Positions 28,919 through 38,978 of a stretch of 64,000 nt of DNA are shown here, in pieces (the stretch's first letter is position 1; each line of letters starts with the position of its first letter). The notes beneath the pieces are model-generated. The model was not told the origin of the DNA, did no database searches, and saw nothing but the letters and a program-made list of their open reading frames with translations. The position numbers and the translations under genes are program-made. Source of the DNA: an uncultured Ignavibacteriales bacterium (GTDB lineage: Bacteria > Bacteroidota > Ignavibacteria > Ignavibacteriales > Ignavibacteriaceae); contig CAVPND010000052.1 of assembly GCA_963706055.1 (NCBI GenBank), positions 10,712-74,711 of the forward strand, read 5' to 3'.

Positions 28919-31120
28919 ATGGAGAAGAATCACAAAAAAACCATTCTACTTGTTGAAGATAAGGCAATAATTGCAATTGCGGAGACAAATCTTCTTAAAA
29001 AAAACGGATACGATGTAGTAGTTGCGTACAATGGAAACGAAGCCGTAAAAATTGCAAGAGACAATCCTTCTATCGATTTAATTCTTATGGATATTGACTT
29101 AGGTAAGGGTATTGATGGCGCTGAGGCTGCTCAATTAATACTACAGGACCGCATGATTCCAATTATTTTTCTTTCCAACCATGCTGAAAAAGAAATCGTT
29201 GAAAAAACTGAAAAGATAACATCATATGGATATGTTTTAAAAAATAGCGGGGAAACAGTTCTTCTTACCTCAATCAAAATGGCCTTTAGACTTTTTGAAG
29301 CACAAACAGAAAAAATATTAAGTGAACAAAAACTTTTAGAGAGCGATCTAAAATTTCATATTCTGGAAAAAGAAATTGATGATGTTATATGGACAATGGA
29401 TATCAATTTTCAGCTTACTTATATAAGTCCGTCAGTAGAAAAGATGTATGGCTATTCAGTTGATGATATGATGAAATTAAATTTACAGGATTATTTAACG
29501 CCCCAATCCGTAAACAAAACTATAAATGTACTTGCTGATGAGATAAGCTCGTTTCTAACAAAAAAAGCAGAAAAAAAGATAACCACTCTAGTATTAGAGC
29601 AAATAAAAAAAGATGGTACAATATTTACGACAGAAATAAGATCAAGATTTCTGTTAGATCATGATAAAAATCCAACTGGAATGATAGGTGTCACAAGAGA
29701 CATTTCTGAAAGACTAAAATCAGCAGCAGCTTTAGAGGAAAGTAGTAAAAATTTAAACCTTGCATTAGAAGGAGCTCAGGTTGGATTATGGAGTCAGGAT
29801 TTTTTATCAGGTAAAGTTTTAAGATCTGAAAATTGGGCTAAAATGCTGGGATATAAACTGGATGAGATTGAAGAAAGCCTGGATTTTTGGATATCAATTA
29901 TCCATCCAGAAGATCTTGAATCAGTCCTTGAAACTGCCCGAAAACATGATGAAGGGCTAACTCCATTCTTTAAAGTTCAGCATCGATTAAAATGTAAAAA
30001 CGGCGATTATAAATGGATACTCAATTGGGGACGAGTCTCTGAGAGAGACAAAAATGGAAAAGCACTAAAGGCCAACGGGATACATCTTGATATTGATGAT
30101 AAAATAAAAGCGGAATCAGAGCGTAAAAAAAGTGAAATTAAAATTCAAAGTATAATTCAGGCAGCACCTATTGGAATTGGAGTTACCAAAAATCGTATTC
30201 TTCAGGAAGTAAATGGAACGTTTTGTAAAATGTTAGGTTATAAACCCGAAGAGCTTCTGGGTAATAGCGCTAGAATACTATACACTAATGATGAAGATTA
30301 TGATTTTGTTGGTGTTGAAAAATATAAACAGATTGAAGAACATGGCACAGGCACAGTTGAGACCAAATGGAAAACAAAAGATGGGCGGGTTATAGATATT
30401 TTATTAAGCTCTACTCCACTTAACTTACAGGATATTTCAGGCGGAGTTACTTTTACGGCTTTGGATATTACAGATAGAAAAGTTAGTGAGCAGCTTCTTA
30501 AAAAAGCTTTATCAGAAAAAGTTGCATTGCATAGAGAATTATTGCATCGTATAAAAAACAGTTTAAACCTGATTAAATCTCTCGTGTTTCTTGAACGAGA
30601 CAAAGTTAGTGATACGAATACAAGCAAAATTCTTGAAAATCTAGAAATGAGAATTAGTACTCTTTCGCATCTTTATTCACTATTAAATGAAAGCGGCATA
30701 TCACAGGTAATTGACCTTGGAGAATATCTAAACCAGATTACTGAATCATTAAAAAAATCTTATTTTGATGAAAACAAAAAAATAATTATTAAATCCAATT
30801 TTTCAAAAGTGAGCGTCTCTCCCAAAACAGCATCGGCTGTTGGCTTAATTGTAAACGAAATATTAACAAACTCACTGAAATATGCTTTTCCCAAAAGCTT
30901 AAAAGGGAATGTTTCTCTAATTATGAAAGAATCAGATGGCAAGGTAGATATTGAAATTAGTGACGATGGCATAGGTGCCTCTGATATATTAAATATTGAG
31001 GAATCTAAGGGTTTGGGATTACAGCTAGTTAATATGCTTGTACAGCAACTTAGCGGAACCTTAAAGTTAGAGACCCAGGGAGGAACAAAGTTTAAAATAA
31101 TTTTTCCATTAAGCGATTAA
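28919..31120 (+). CDS. hybrid sensor: N-terminal receiver, three PAS domains, HisKA_2/HWE-type histidine kinase
   Basis: 733 aa. REC: ILLVEDKAIIA...LILMDIDLGKGIDG. PAS repeats. H-box ELLHRIKNSLNLIKSLV. ATPase G-box ISDDGIG...KGLGLQLV. Confidence 0.85.
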   Translation: MEKNHKKTILLVEDKAIIAIAETNLLKKNGYDVVVAYNGNEAVKIARDNPSIDLILMDIDLGKGIDGAEAAQLILQDRMIPIIFLSNHAEKEIVEKTEKITSYGYVLKNSGETVLLTSIKMAFRLFEAQTEKILSEQKLLESDLKFHILEKEIDDVIWTMDINFQLTYISPSVEKMYGYSVDDMMKLNLQDYLTPQSVNKTINVLADEISSFLTKKAEKKITTLVLEQIKKDGTIFTTEIRSRFLLDHDKNPTGMIGVTRDISERLKSAAALEESSKNLNLALEGAQVGLWSQDFLSGKVLRSENWAKMLGYKLDEIEESLDFWISIIHPEDLESVLETARKHDEGLTPFFKVQHRLKCKNGDYKWILNWGRVSERDKNGKALKANGIHLDIDDKIKAESERKKSEIKIQSIIQAAPIGIGVTKNRILQEVNGTFCKMLGYKPEELLGNSARILYTNDEDYDFVGVEKYKQIEEHGTGTVETKWKTKDGRVIDILLSSTPLNLQDISGGVTFTALDITDRKVSEQLLKKALSEKVALHRELLHRIKNSLNLIKSLVFLERDKVSDTNTSKILENLEMRISTLSHLYSLLNESGISQVIDLGEYLNQITESLKKSYFDENKKIIIKSNFSKVSVSPKTASAVGLIVNEILTNSLKYAFPKSLKGNVSLIMKESDGKVDIEISDDGIGASDILNIEESKGLGLQLVNMLVQQLSGTLKLETQGGTKFKIIFPLSD

Positions 31121-31179
31121 GTGCTTTAATCTATAAACATTAATTTTATATTAGCACATTAAATCCAAAAGGAGTTTTG

Positions 31180-32076
31180 ATGCTGAAATATTTTTTGTTT
31201 ATATCCATAATGATTTCATTTATATCCTGCACAGAAAAACCAACCGCTGATCCAAACTATGTTCAAGAAATAAAAGAGTGGGATATAAAACGAGTTAACA
31301 GATTAAAGGCTGATGACGGCTGGCTTAATCTAGCAGGAAGATTTTGGCTAAAGCAAGGAGTAAGTACTTTCGGTGCTGCATCAGATAACGATTTGGTTGT
31401 GGAATCACCAACGTTTCCTAAATATGCAGGATCGTTTTTATTTGTAGATTCTTCAGTAACCTTTAAAGCTAATGAGTCTGTTGAAGTATTATTAAATGGA
31501 AATTCTGTTAAAGAAATAAAACTTATTGATGATCAGAAAAAAGATATAACCGTTATACAGATTGGTTCTGTAAAATTTAATTTAATTATTCGAGATACAC
31601 TTTATGGAATTCGGTTTCGTGATTTAAACTCTGGGCTTGTAAAAAACTTTAAAGGGATAGAAAGATTTCCGATTGATGAAAGCTGGAAACTTAATGCAAC
31701 GTTTGAAGCCTACAATCCGCCAAAAGAAATTGATGTTCCGAATGTACTTGGACAGATCAGTAAAGAAAAATCCCCCGGCGCAGTTGTATTTGTTCGGGAT
31801 GGGAAAACACACAAAATAGATGCCGTGGATGAAGGCGGTGAAAATCTATTTCTAATAATTGCGGACCAGACAACCGGAGATGAAACTTATGGCGGCGGAA
31901 GATTTATGTATGTAAAAAAACCGGACTCCACTGGAACAATACTTTTAGATTTTAATAAAGCATACAACCCGCCGTGTGTGTTTACAAAATATGCAACATG
32001 TCCGTTACCTCCTTTGCAGAATTATCTTAAACTAAGAATAGAAGCTGGTGAAAAAGTTTATGGGGAAGGGCATTAA
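31180..32076 (+). CDS. DUF1684-family protein, lipoprotein-like
   Basis: GGAG 5 nt before ATG 31180 (the track starts at TTG 31177). MLKYFLFISIMISFISC lipobox. C-terminal YNPPCVFTKYATCPLPPLQNYLKLRIEAGEK signature of DUF1684. Confidence 0.75.
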   Translation: MLKYFLFISIMISFISCTEKPTADPNYVQEIKEWDIKRVNRLKADDGWLNLAGRFWLKQGVSTFGAASDNDLVVESPTFPKYAGSFLFVDSSVTFKANESVEVLLNGNSVKEIKLIDDQKKDITVIQIGSVKFNLIIRDTLYGIRFRDLNSGLVKNFKGIERFPIDESWKLNATFEAYNPPKEIDVPNVLGQISKEKSPGAVVFVRDGKTHKIDAVDEGGENLFLIIADQTTGDETYGGGRFMYVKKPDSTGTILLDFNKAYNPPCVFTKYATCPLPPLQNYLKLRIEAGEKVYGEGH

Positions 32077-32088
32077 AAGTTTTTTTAG

Positions 32089-32121
32089 AAAGATGACATC
32101 TTTTTAAATGATGTCATCTTT
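32089..32121. terminator. perfect 12-bp inverted repeat between convergent genes
   Basis: aaagatgacatc-tttttaaat-gatgtcatcttt, between the DUF1684 gene (+) and polB (-). Confidence 0.6.
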
Positions 32122-32145
32122 AATTAAAGCAGAAATTTATGGGCA

Positions 32146-34470
32146 TCAGAAAAAACTTAGTTGATCGTTCTCTGCAATTGAATCAAAGTTTTTTCCAAGG
32201 AGGGAAAGAACTGAATCAGCAATTGGCTTTAGTTGTTTTTCAATGTAATGGTCGTAATCAAAATCGTTATGCTTTAGTTCGATCGGAATCGGACCGCGCT
32301 GTGTTATTGCATAATAAATTACATCGCGTGGTTCGTTAAGTAATTTTGCTGCACGTGCATGCGGAGGAACATTTTTGGTATAGTCTTCTACATCTTTTCG
32401 TAATCGTTTTCTGTAAATCAATTTGTCATCAAACTCGCCGGATTTTAGTTTTTGTACTTCACCGCGGATCCAATCTTCAACTTCAACACTATCAAAAACT
32501 TTTTGATATAATTCTACTTGAAAATCTTTTGCAAGTTTTGTCCAATCAGAACGAACGAATTCCATTCCGACAAATTCTATTTTTTCTTTTCCATCTTTTG
32601 TAATCAAGCCAGCATATCTTTTCTTTGCGCCAATATCTGCACCACGAGCAGGAGTGATAATAAATTTTCTATAATATTTTTCAAACTCTAATTCTAAATA
32701 AGATTCAACATTAAAATCTTTTTTAAGTCTGTTCTTCCAATAATTATTTAGTTCCTTAACAATCTTTTTGCCCTGCGCTTCACCATCCTCAACAGAAATA
32801 TTTTTAAGCATTACAAATAATGAATCGGTATCACCATAAACAACTTTTAGTCCATTGTTTTCAAGATAGTCTTTACTCCCTAATAAAAGCTTATGTCCGC
32901 TTCCTGTAATTGCGCGCGGCAGATCCGGATGATAAAATCTACATCCATACGAACCCATTACTCCATAAAAACTATTCATTAAAATTTTTATTGCCTGTGA
33001 AAGTTGTTTGTCTTTTTTCTTTTTTGCGGTATCGCGCAGCTTCATCAATTCATCAATAAAATCCGGCAGGATATGAAGTGACGATGAAAACTTGTAGCCG
33101 TTTAGTGTTTGTATTGTATCAACATCTTTCATTAAAAGCGAGTAAGGATCAATCTTAAAAGTTTGTATGATTGAGGGATACAGGCTTTTAAAATCCAGTA
33201 CGATTACATTTTCATAAATCCCGGGATTCGGTTCAATTACATATCCGCCGGCGGCATGTTCGGTGGTGTGGATATCTTTTAAATTTGGTGCAACAAATTC
33301 TGCGCGATGTAAACGAGGTAAATAAAAATGATCGAACGCGGCAGTCATCATTCCGAGTTGATCCATTAGCAAACCGGATATTTGAGCACGTCTCACTGAA
33401 AGACCAATCAATCCCGTCTTCGAAAAAATATCCGTTACAAGAATTGCATCCTGCAAATTATATTCTGCAAGTGCACTTTTATCTTCTTTAAATAAACGAT
33501 CAATCTCTTCAATTTTATTTTCATCGGGAGTGATAGTTTTTCCGGTTCCTAGAAGTTCCTGTGCAACAGTTTCAAGTTTAAAATCTTCAAAACTAAAAAA
33601 CGAGGCACGCAGCATTGATGGGCCATCAATTACAACTCTGCCGGTAACAGAAATAAAATGTCCGCTTGGTTTTCTTTGTCTGATTGAAACTCTTCCGTTT
33701 GCACGGGCAATATCAAGGCTGATTCCAAGTTCTCGGCATTTGTTATCAAGAAAGAGAAGATCAAAACCAACTACGTGCCAACCAATAATGATATCAGGAT
33801 CAATATCCTTAAACCATTTAAAGAAGTTATTTAGTAAGTCTCTCTCGTCATCAAAAAAAGAAATAAGATTGGTTTTCCGTTTTGGTTTTTCACCAATCAT
33901 AAAAACTTTTTTGTGTTCTCCCTTTTTGCCAGTAATGTGTAGAGCGATTGAGTAAAGTTGATTTGTTTTTGCGCCTGTTTCAATATCAATGGAGGCTATT
34001 ATAAAATCTGGCGAGGTGTTGCAGGGTTCAATAGTCGGATTTGTAAATCGCACAATTGATTTTTTTTGTTCAGCTACTCCGGTAATTTTCATTTGCGAGT
34101 TAATAGATTTTTCCATTAAAAATCTTCTTAATGGATCAACGTCAGACTCATAAGTTGTTTGATTTGATTGATGAATTGTTTCTGCAAAAGTTGTTAAAGC
34201 TTTTTGAGTGTTAAAATAAATTGCATCAACATACTTGTTATTAAAATTTTTAAGTTTAGTTTCTTTTCTAAGATAAGTTTTTGTTAGAGGATTTAGCACC
34301 ATATCATTTTCAATAAAGAAAACAGGTTTGTTATTAGTAATAATGATCTCAACAGCACCAAGTTCATCACTAGTTCCAATAAACTTTAAAACATTTTTAC
34401 CGCTGTAGTCACTCCACTCTCCAGTCAGGAGAAATACTTCGTTAGTTGTATTATTTACGTTCTTTTTCAT
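32146..34470 (-). CDS. polB: family-B DNA polymerase (DNA polymerase II)
   Basis: 774 aa. Exo I ASIDIETG; LDFKSLYPSII (motif A); VVYGDTDSLFV (motif C). Length close to E. coli Pol II. Confidence 0.9.
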   Translation of the reverse strand: MKKNVNNTTNEVFLLTGEWSDYSGKNVLKFIGTSDELGAVEIIITNNKPVFFIENDMVLNPLTKTYLRKETKLKNFNNKYVDAIYFNTQKALTTFAETIHQSNQTTYESDVDPLRRFLMEKSINSQMKITGVAEQKKSIVRFTNPTIEPCNTSPDFIIASIDIETGAKTNQLYSIALHITGKKGEHKKVFMIGEKPKRKTNLISFFDDERDLLNNFFKWFKDIDPDIIIGWHVVGFDLLFLDNKCRELGISLDIARANGRVSIRQRKPSGHFISVTGRVVIDGPSMLRASFFSFEDFKLETVAQELLGTGKTITPDENKIEEIDRLFKEDKSALAEYNLQDAILVTDIFSKTGLIGLSVRRAQISGLLMDQLGMMTAAFDHFYLPRLHRAEFVAPNLKDIHTTEHAAGGYVIEPNPGIYENVIVLDFKSLYPSIIQTFKIDPYSLLMKDVDTIQTLNGYKFSSSLHILPDFIDELMKLRDTAKKKKDKQLSQAIKILMNSFYGVMGSYGCRFYHPDLPRAITGSGHKLLLGSKDYLENNGLKVVYGDTDSLFVMLKNISVEDGEAQGKKIVKELNNYWKNRLKKDFNVESYLELEFEKYYRKFIITPARGADIGAKKRYAGLITKDGKEKIEFVGMEFVRSDWTKLAKDFQVELYQKVFDSVEVEDWIRGEVQKLKSGEFDDKLIYRKRLRKDVEDYTKNVPPHARAAKLLNEPRDVIYYAITQRGPIPIELKHNDFDYDHYIEKQLKPIADSVLSLLGKNFDSIAENDQLSFF

Positions 34471-34589
34471 TTTTACTTTTAAATATCAATAAGATATTAA
34501 GGGCAAACACTAATTTTAATTTTATTTAATTTATTAAGCATAAGTTAAGAAACACTAGTATTATAATCTTGAGTAAAAAATAAAATATT

Positions 34590-34943
34590 ATGAATATTGA
34601 ATCGATTACAAATTATTGCCTTGCAAAAAGAGGCGCGGTTGAAGATTTTCCGTTTGATGAGGACACACTTGTGTTTAAAGTGGGTGGAAAAATGTTTGCG
34701 CTTATTCCATTGGAAAAAATCCCTTTACAAATTAATTTAAAATGTGATCCTGAAAAAGCTATTGAACTAAGAGAAAGCTATGAAGAAGTTCAGCCGGGCT
34801 GGCATATGAGTAAAAAATATTGGAACACAATTTTACTAGATGGTAATATCCGCTGGGCTGATTTGAAAGAATGGATTGACCATTCTTATAATGAAGTTGT
34901 AAAAGGCTTAAAAAAAATCGAAAGAGACAAACTTAAAGAGTAA
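34590..34943 (+). CDS. MmcQ/YjbR-family protein
   Basis: 117 aa. YCLAKRGAVEDFPFDEDTLVFKVGGKMFAL...PGWHMSKKYWNTILLDG is typical of the YjbR fold. Confidence 0.75.
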   Translation: MNIESITNYCLAKRGAVEDFPFDEDTLVFKVGGKMFALIPLEKIPLQINLKCDPEKAIELRESYEEVQPGWHMSKKYWNTILLDGNIRWADLKEWIDHSYNEVVKGLKKIERDKLKE

Positions 34944-35018
34944 GTTGTTGATTTTAATCACGATAAAAATGGTTTTTATTGTAATTAAAAAAGACAGGCC
35001 GTAATTTTAAAATAAAAG

Positions 35019-35378
35019 ATGAAAAATATTTATACAGCTTTAATAATTATCTGTTTTCTATTCTTAGCCAAGCCTGTATCTGCCCAATTGATGCAAAACA
35101 GCAGCTGGTCTGTAAACCAAAGCCTTGATGGATATTCACTTGATAAAAATGATGGTGAAAGAACAATGACTATAGATGTAAAATTTGAAAAACCTTTCAT
35201 TAAAAAACCACAAATTATTTTAAGCGTTACTCAGATTGATGCAGATAAAGAATCAAATTTAAGATTTAATGTAGAAGCAATTTCTGTTTCGCGGGATGGT
35301 TTTACAATAAAAGTCCGTACTTGGGCCGACTCAAAACTATTTTCAATTAGTGGCTATTGGGCAGGATACACAAATTAG
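35019..35378 (+). CDS. secreted H-type lectin domain protein
   Basis: 119 aa with a signal peptide. KPQIILSVTQIDADKESNLRFNVEAISVSRDGFTIKVRTWADSKLFSISGYWAGY aligns by eye with the Helix pomatia agglutinin core [21 protein letters not shown]...[28 protein letters not shown]. Confidence 0.8.
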   Translation: MKNIYTALIIICFLFLAKPVSAQLMQNSSWSVNQSLDGYSLDKNDGERTMTIDVKFEKPFIKKPQIILSVTQIDADKESNLRFNVEAISVSRDGFTIKVRTWADSKLFSISGYWAGYTN

Positions 35379-35522
35379 CATTTTGAAAACACATCTAATA
35401 AACTATAAAACAAAAAATAAAAGTCTTTGATTATTGCCTCTTGGGTCTTAATTTTCTTGTATAGATTAATAATGATTCCTGTCTACAAAAAGCAGCCATT
35501 ATTAAAAAAGGAAATCTAAACA

Positions 35523-36503
35523 ATGCACAAAATACTTATACTGTTTCTATCAATTTTAATTATTAGTTGTGAAACAAACCCACCCACAACACCCATAAAT
35601 CCCGTAACTGAATATGGAACAATTAATATAATTACCAATGTTCCAGGTGCTATGATTTATTTTAACGGAACTTCCACGGGAAAAATTACGCCAGATACTT
35701 TAAAGGCAGAAATTGGAAATCATCAATTAAAATTAGTAAAACCTGATTTCGATACTCTAATTGTTAATGTAAGTGTTGAGAAAAATAAAACCACAGAGGT
35801 AAACACATATCTTTTTGCCGCCCAAAAAATAGTTTTGATAGAAGATTTTGCAAATGTTAGCTGTGTTCCGTGTGTAACAAGCAATAAAATTATAGAACAT
35901 CTTGTAAATACAGAATTTGGCACTTCAAAACTTGTTGCAATAAAATATCCCACTAACTTTCCTTCACCAGTAGACCCATTCTATCTTGCAAATGGCCAGG
36001 ATTGTAATGCACGTATGGGATACTATAATATTTTATTTGCGCCAACAACAATCATTGATGGTAATCTGAGACCCACATCTACCGATTCCATCGATGTCAA
36101 AAATAAAATATATTTAGAGTTTACTAAAATTCCTCAATTCAATGTAGATGTAAGCGGAAGTTTAAACGGCAGTAACTATACAATAAATATAGCGATAGAT
36201 GTAAAAGATATCAGCAACATAGATTTTTCTAAACTTGTTCTTCACACTGTAGTTACTGAAACAAATATCGAGTTTGTAAGTCCTCCAGGCTCAAATGGAG
36301 AAACAAAATTTTATGATGTAATGAGAAAAATGCTTCCAACTAACCAGGGTGAATCATTAGCAGCAATAAATCAGGTTGGATCATATAATTTCCAAAGGCA
36401 ATTAACACTTAACTCAAGTTGGATACAAAGCAACATTAACACGGTAGTCTTTATTCAAAACAAAGATACCAAAGAAATTTACCAGGCAGGCTCAACATTT
36501 TAG
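35523..36503 (+). CDS. lipoprotein: PEGA-like domain + Omp28-related thioredoxin-like domain (CVPC)
   Basis: 326 aa. Lipobox LSILIISC. PEGA-like NVPGAMIYFNGTSTGKITPDTLKAEIGNHQLKLVKPDF. IEDFANVSCVPCV. Shares FVSPPGSNGETKFYDVMRKMLP with the next gene. Confidence 0.7.
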   Translation: MHKILILFLSILIISCETNPPTTPINPVTEYGTINIITNVPGAMIYFNGTSTGKITPDTLKAEIGNHQLKLVKPDFDTLIVNVSVEKNKTTEVNTYLFAAQKIVLIEDFANVSCVPCVTSNKIIEHLVNTEFGTSKLVAIKYPTNFPSPVDPFYLANGQDCNARMGYYNILFAPTTIIDGNLRPTSTDSIDVKNKIYLEFTKIPQFNVDVSGSLNGSNYTINIAIDVKDISNIDFSKLVLHTVVTETNIEFVSPPGSNGETKFYDVMRKMLPTNQGESLAAINQVGSYNFQRQLTLNSSWIQSNINTVVFIQNKDTKEIYQAGSTF

Positions 36504-36539
36504 TTTGTAAAATTATTATAATATTATAGGAGATACATT

Positions 36540-38978
36540 ATGAAACGAACATTACTTCTATTTCTTATTTTGGGATTTGCTTTAAATACTTCGGGATATG
36601 ATAAAAAATCTCTTGTTGAAAGATTTACCAACGCATCTTGTGCTCCTTGTGCATCATTGAACAATTCCTGGTATAATGCAACAACTGCTGGAATGCTTTC
36701 AAATGGTTCTATGTCGCACATCATCTATAATGTTTGGTGGCCTGGTTCTGGCGATCCTATGTATTTGTTAAATACACCAGACAACACTACACGTACAAAT
36801 TATTATGGTGTAAATTCCGTTCCATGGATTGTGGTAAACGGCGCTACAATTTCAGCGACACAATCTGCATTTGTTAATGCGGTAAATACAGGGAACACAC
36901 AATATTCTCCTTTTAATATTATAATGACACAAAGAGCATTATCTGATAATATGATTGAAGTAGGTGTTAAGATAATTAGGGATCCAAATGATAATACTAC
37001 TTTTAGCACTACAAAACTTAAAGTTGCGCTAACAGAAAAATCTGTCAATTTTCCATCGCCCCCTGGAACCAATGGTGAGTCCCACTTTTTTAGCACTTGC
37101 CGAAAAATGCTGCCGGATGCAAACGGAACAATCTTAACAATTCCAGCACCCGGGGATTCAATTGAATTAATACTTCAGTATGTACCAACTGCCGCATTCT
37201 TGCAGGCTGTAAATATGGATAGTTTAAAGGTTGTAGCCTTTATCCAAAATGAAAGCAACAAATCAATTTATCAATCCTCAATGTTAGAAGTAGTCCCAAA
37301 CTTTGTTGCACAAATTAATTCGACTAGCCCGGATGTAATTTCGGATAATTCAACTCCTGCGGTTTTTGAAGCTATAATTAATAATGTTGGTACAATGATG
37401 GATAAATACTCTATTAATTGCACTCTTAACTCTCCAATTGGTTGGACAGGTGAATTTACCACTACTAATGGAACATTTCCAATTGGCACAATAGATTCAG
37501 TTGAGGTTGCTCCTGGAAATTCAACAAGTGTGCAGATTACAATTAATCCACAAGGAATTGATGGGTTTGGAAGAACTATAATTGAATTTGAATCTCAAAA
37601 TAATCCCGGTATGTCTGGTGCTGTGACTGTAAATAATGTTACAAATACAGGAAACAATATTCTTATAGTTAATGCAGGAGATAGAGAATACGAATCTGCT
37701 GTAACTAGTGCGCTGGAAAATGTTTATTCCGGAACATACGGGGCAGTTTCAAGATCGGCCCTGGAGCCAGCGAGTGTAAGTTTATCTAATTTTGATATTG
37801 TTTATTGGCAGGGAAGCAATTCCTCCCGAGCTTTTTACCCTGATGAAGTTACAAAGCTTCAAAGTTATTTAGATCAGGGGGGAAACCTTCTTATTACCGG
37901 GCAGGATATCGGTCGTGACATTTTTGAATCTTCCGGTCAAAGCCAATATGCGCAGGATTTTTATAATAACTACCTGCATACAAATTACGTAACTGATATT
38001 TCAACTCTGTTTTTGATTAAAGGTGTCCCAAACGATATTATCTCTAATGGATTACAATTTATTGCAAATGATATATATCCAAGATCACTTGATAAAATTT
38101 CACCAAGAGACACTAGTGCCATTGCTTTCTTAACATATTTTAATGGACCGGATGTTGCGGGTGTCAGGGCTGCAGCCGATAATTACCGCGTAGTATATAT
38201 GACCGCCGGATTGGATCAGATAACGGATCAGGTTATACGGGATACAATAGCAGCGCGTAGTATTAGATGGTTAGCCGAAAACGTTGTGACTCCTACACAA
38301 GAGATAGAGGTAATTGCACATATAACAAATATTGACAGTACTCTTGGTGCTGAGATGATCTTTGAATTTGAGGCAATTAACATTTCTCAAGTTCAACAAA
38401 AAGTTTTTGTTGTTAGAACAATAAATAATTTACCTGTCAACTGGACGTCTTCACTATGTTTTGGTATTAACTGTTTTGCCCCAGGTTTAGATAGTGTGGT
38501 AACCGAACCACCATTCGGCGATCCGTTGGAACCCGGAGATACGTTATATGCATCTTTACACATTACAGCTTTACAGAATGATGGAACAGCAAATGTGCAA
38601 ATTCAAGTTGGCACTTTACAGGATCCAACAGATAGGGTTACTCTGGATTTTACTGCTACAACAAGTCCTGTTTCTGTAGAAGATGAAAACGAAGTAGTAA
38701 AAGATTACTATCTCAGTCAAAATTTTCCAAATCCATTCAATCCTTCTTCAAGAATTGAATTTAATCTAGCTTCGGATTCTAAGGTAACTTTAAAGGTTTT
38801 CAATCTGCTTGGAGAAGAAGTTACAACATTGGTTAATGGAAATCTTGTAAGCGGAAAACACTTTGTTGATTTTAATGGATTAAATTTAAATAGCGGTGTT
38901 TATCTATATAGAATAAATGCATCCGGGTCAGATGGTCGTAATTATTCTGATACTAAAAAAATGACACTAATAAAATAA
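36540..38978 (+). CDS. large T9SS cargo: Omp28-related thioredoxin-like domain (CAPC), CARDB-like and flavodoxin-like middle, Cys-containing module, sorting domain
   Basis: 812 aa with a signal peptide. VERFTNASCAPCASLN; FPSPPGTNGESHFFSTCRKMLP. C-terminus QNFPNPFNPSSRIEF..LKVFNLLGEEVTTLVNG..SGVYLYRI...KKMTLIK. Confidence 0.75.
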   Translation: MKRTLLLFLILGFALNTSGYDKKSLVERFTNASCAPCASLNNSWYNATTAGMLSNGSMSHIIYNVWWPGSGDPMYLLNTPDNTTRTNYYGVNSVPWIVVNGATISATQSAFVNAVNTGNTQYSPFNIIMTQRALSDNMIEVGVKIIRDPNDNTTFSTTKLKVALTEKSVNFPSPPGTNGESHFFSTCRKMLPDANGTILTIPAPGDSIELILQYVPTAAFLQAVNMDSLKVVAFIQNESNKSIYQSSMLEVVPNFVAQINSTSPDVISDNSTPAVFEAIINNVGTMMDKYSINCTLNSPIGWTGEFTTTNGTFPIGTIDSVEVAPGNSTSVQITINPQGIDGFGRTIIEFESQNNPGMSGAVTVNNVTNTGNNILIVNAGDREYESAVTSALENVYSGTYGAVSRSALEPASVSLSNFDIVYWQGSNSSRAFYPDEVTKLQSYLDQGGNLLITGQDIGRDIFESSGQSQYAQDFYNNYLHTNYVTDISTLFLIKGVPNDIISNGLQFIANDIYPRSLDKISPRDTSAIAFLTYFNGPDVAGVRAAADNYRVVYMTAGLDQITDQVIRDTIAARSIRWLAENVVTPTQEIEVIAHITNIDSTLGAEMIFEFEAINISQVQQKVFVVRTINNLPVNWTSSLCFGINCFAPGLDSVVTEPPFGDPLEPGDTLYASLHITALQNDGTANVQIQVGTLQDPTDRVTLDFTATTSPVSVEDENEVVKDYYLSQNFPNPFNPSSRIEFNLASDSKVTLKVFNLLGEEVTTLVNGNLVSGKHFVDFNGLNLNSGVYLYRINASGSDGRNYSDTKKMTLIK

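Noticed and set aside
28761-28988. 75-aa minus-strand ORF in the recQ/kinase spacer
   Set aside because: It is low-complexity AT-rich sequence (NNINNYNYKLLNYNYY) lying in a divergent promoter region and overlapping the real kinase start.
33530-33955. 141-aa plus-strand ORF inside polB
   Set aside because: It is antisense to a well-conserved exonuclease region of Pol II. The product is Ser/Lys-rich and not protein-like.
34471-34589. SOS/LexA operator upstream of polB
   Set aside because: There is no CTGT-N8-ACAG-type or other convincing palindrome, only a short direct repeat aaacacta. The LexA consensus for this lineage is unknown to me, so nothing is claimed.
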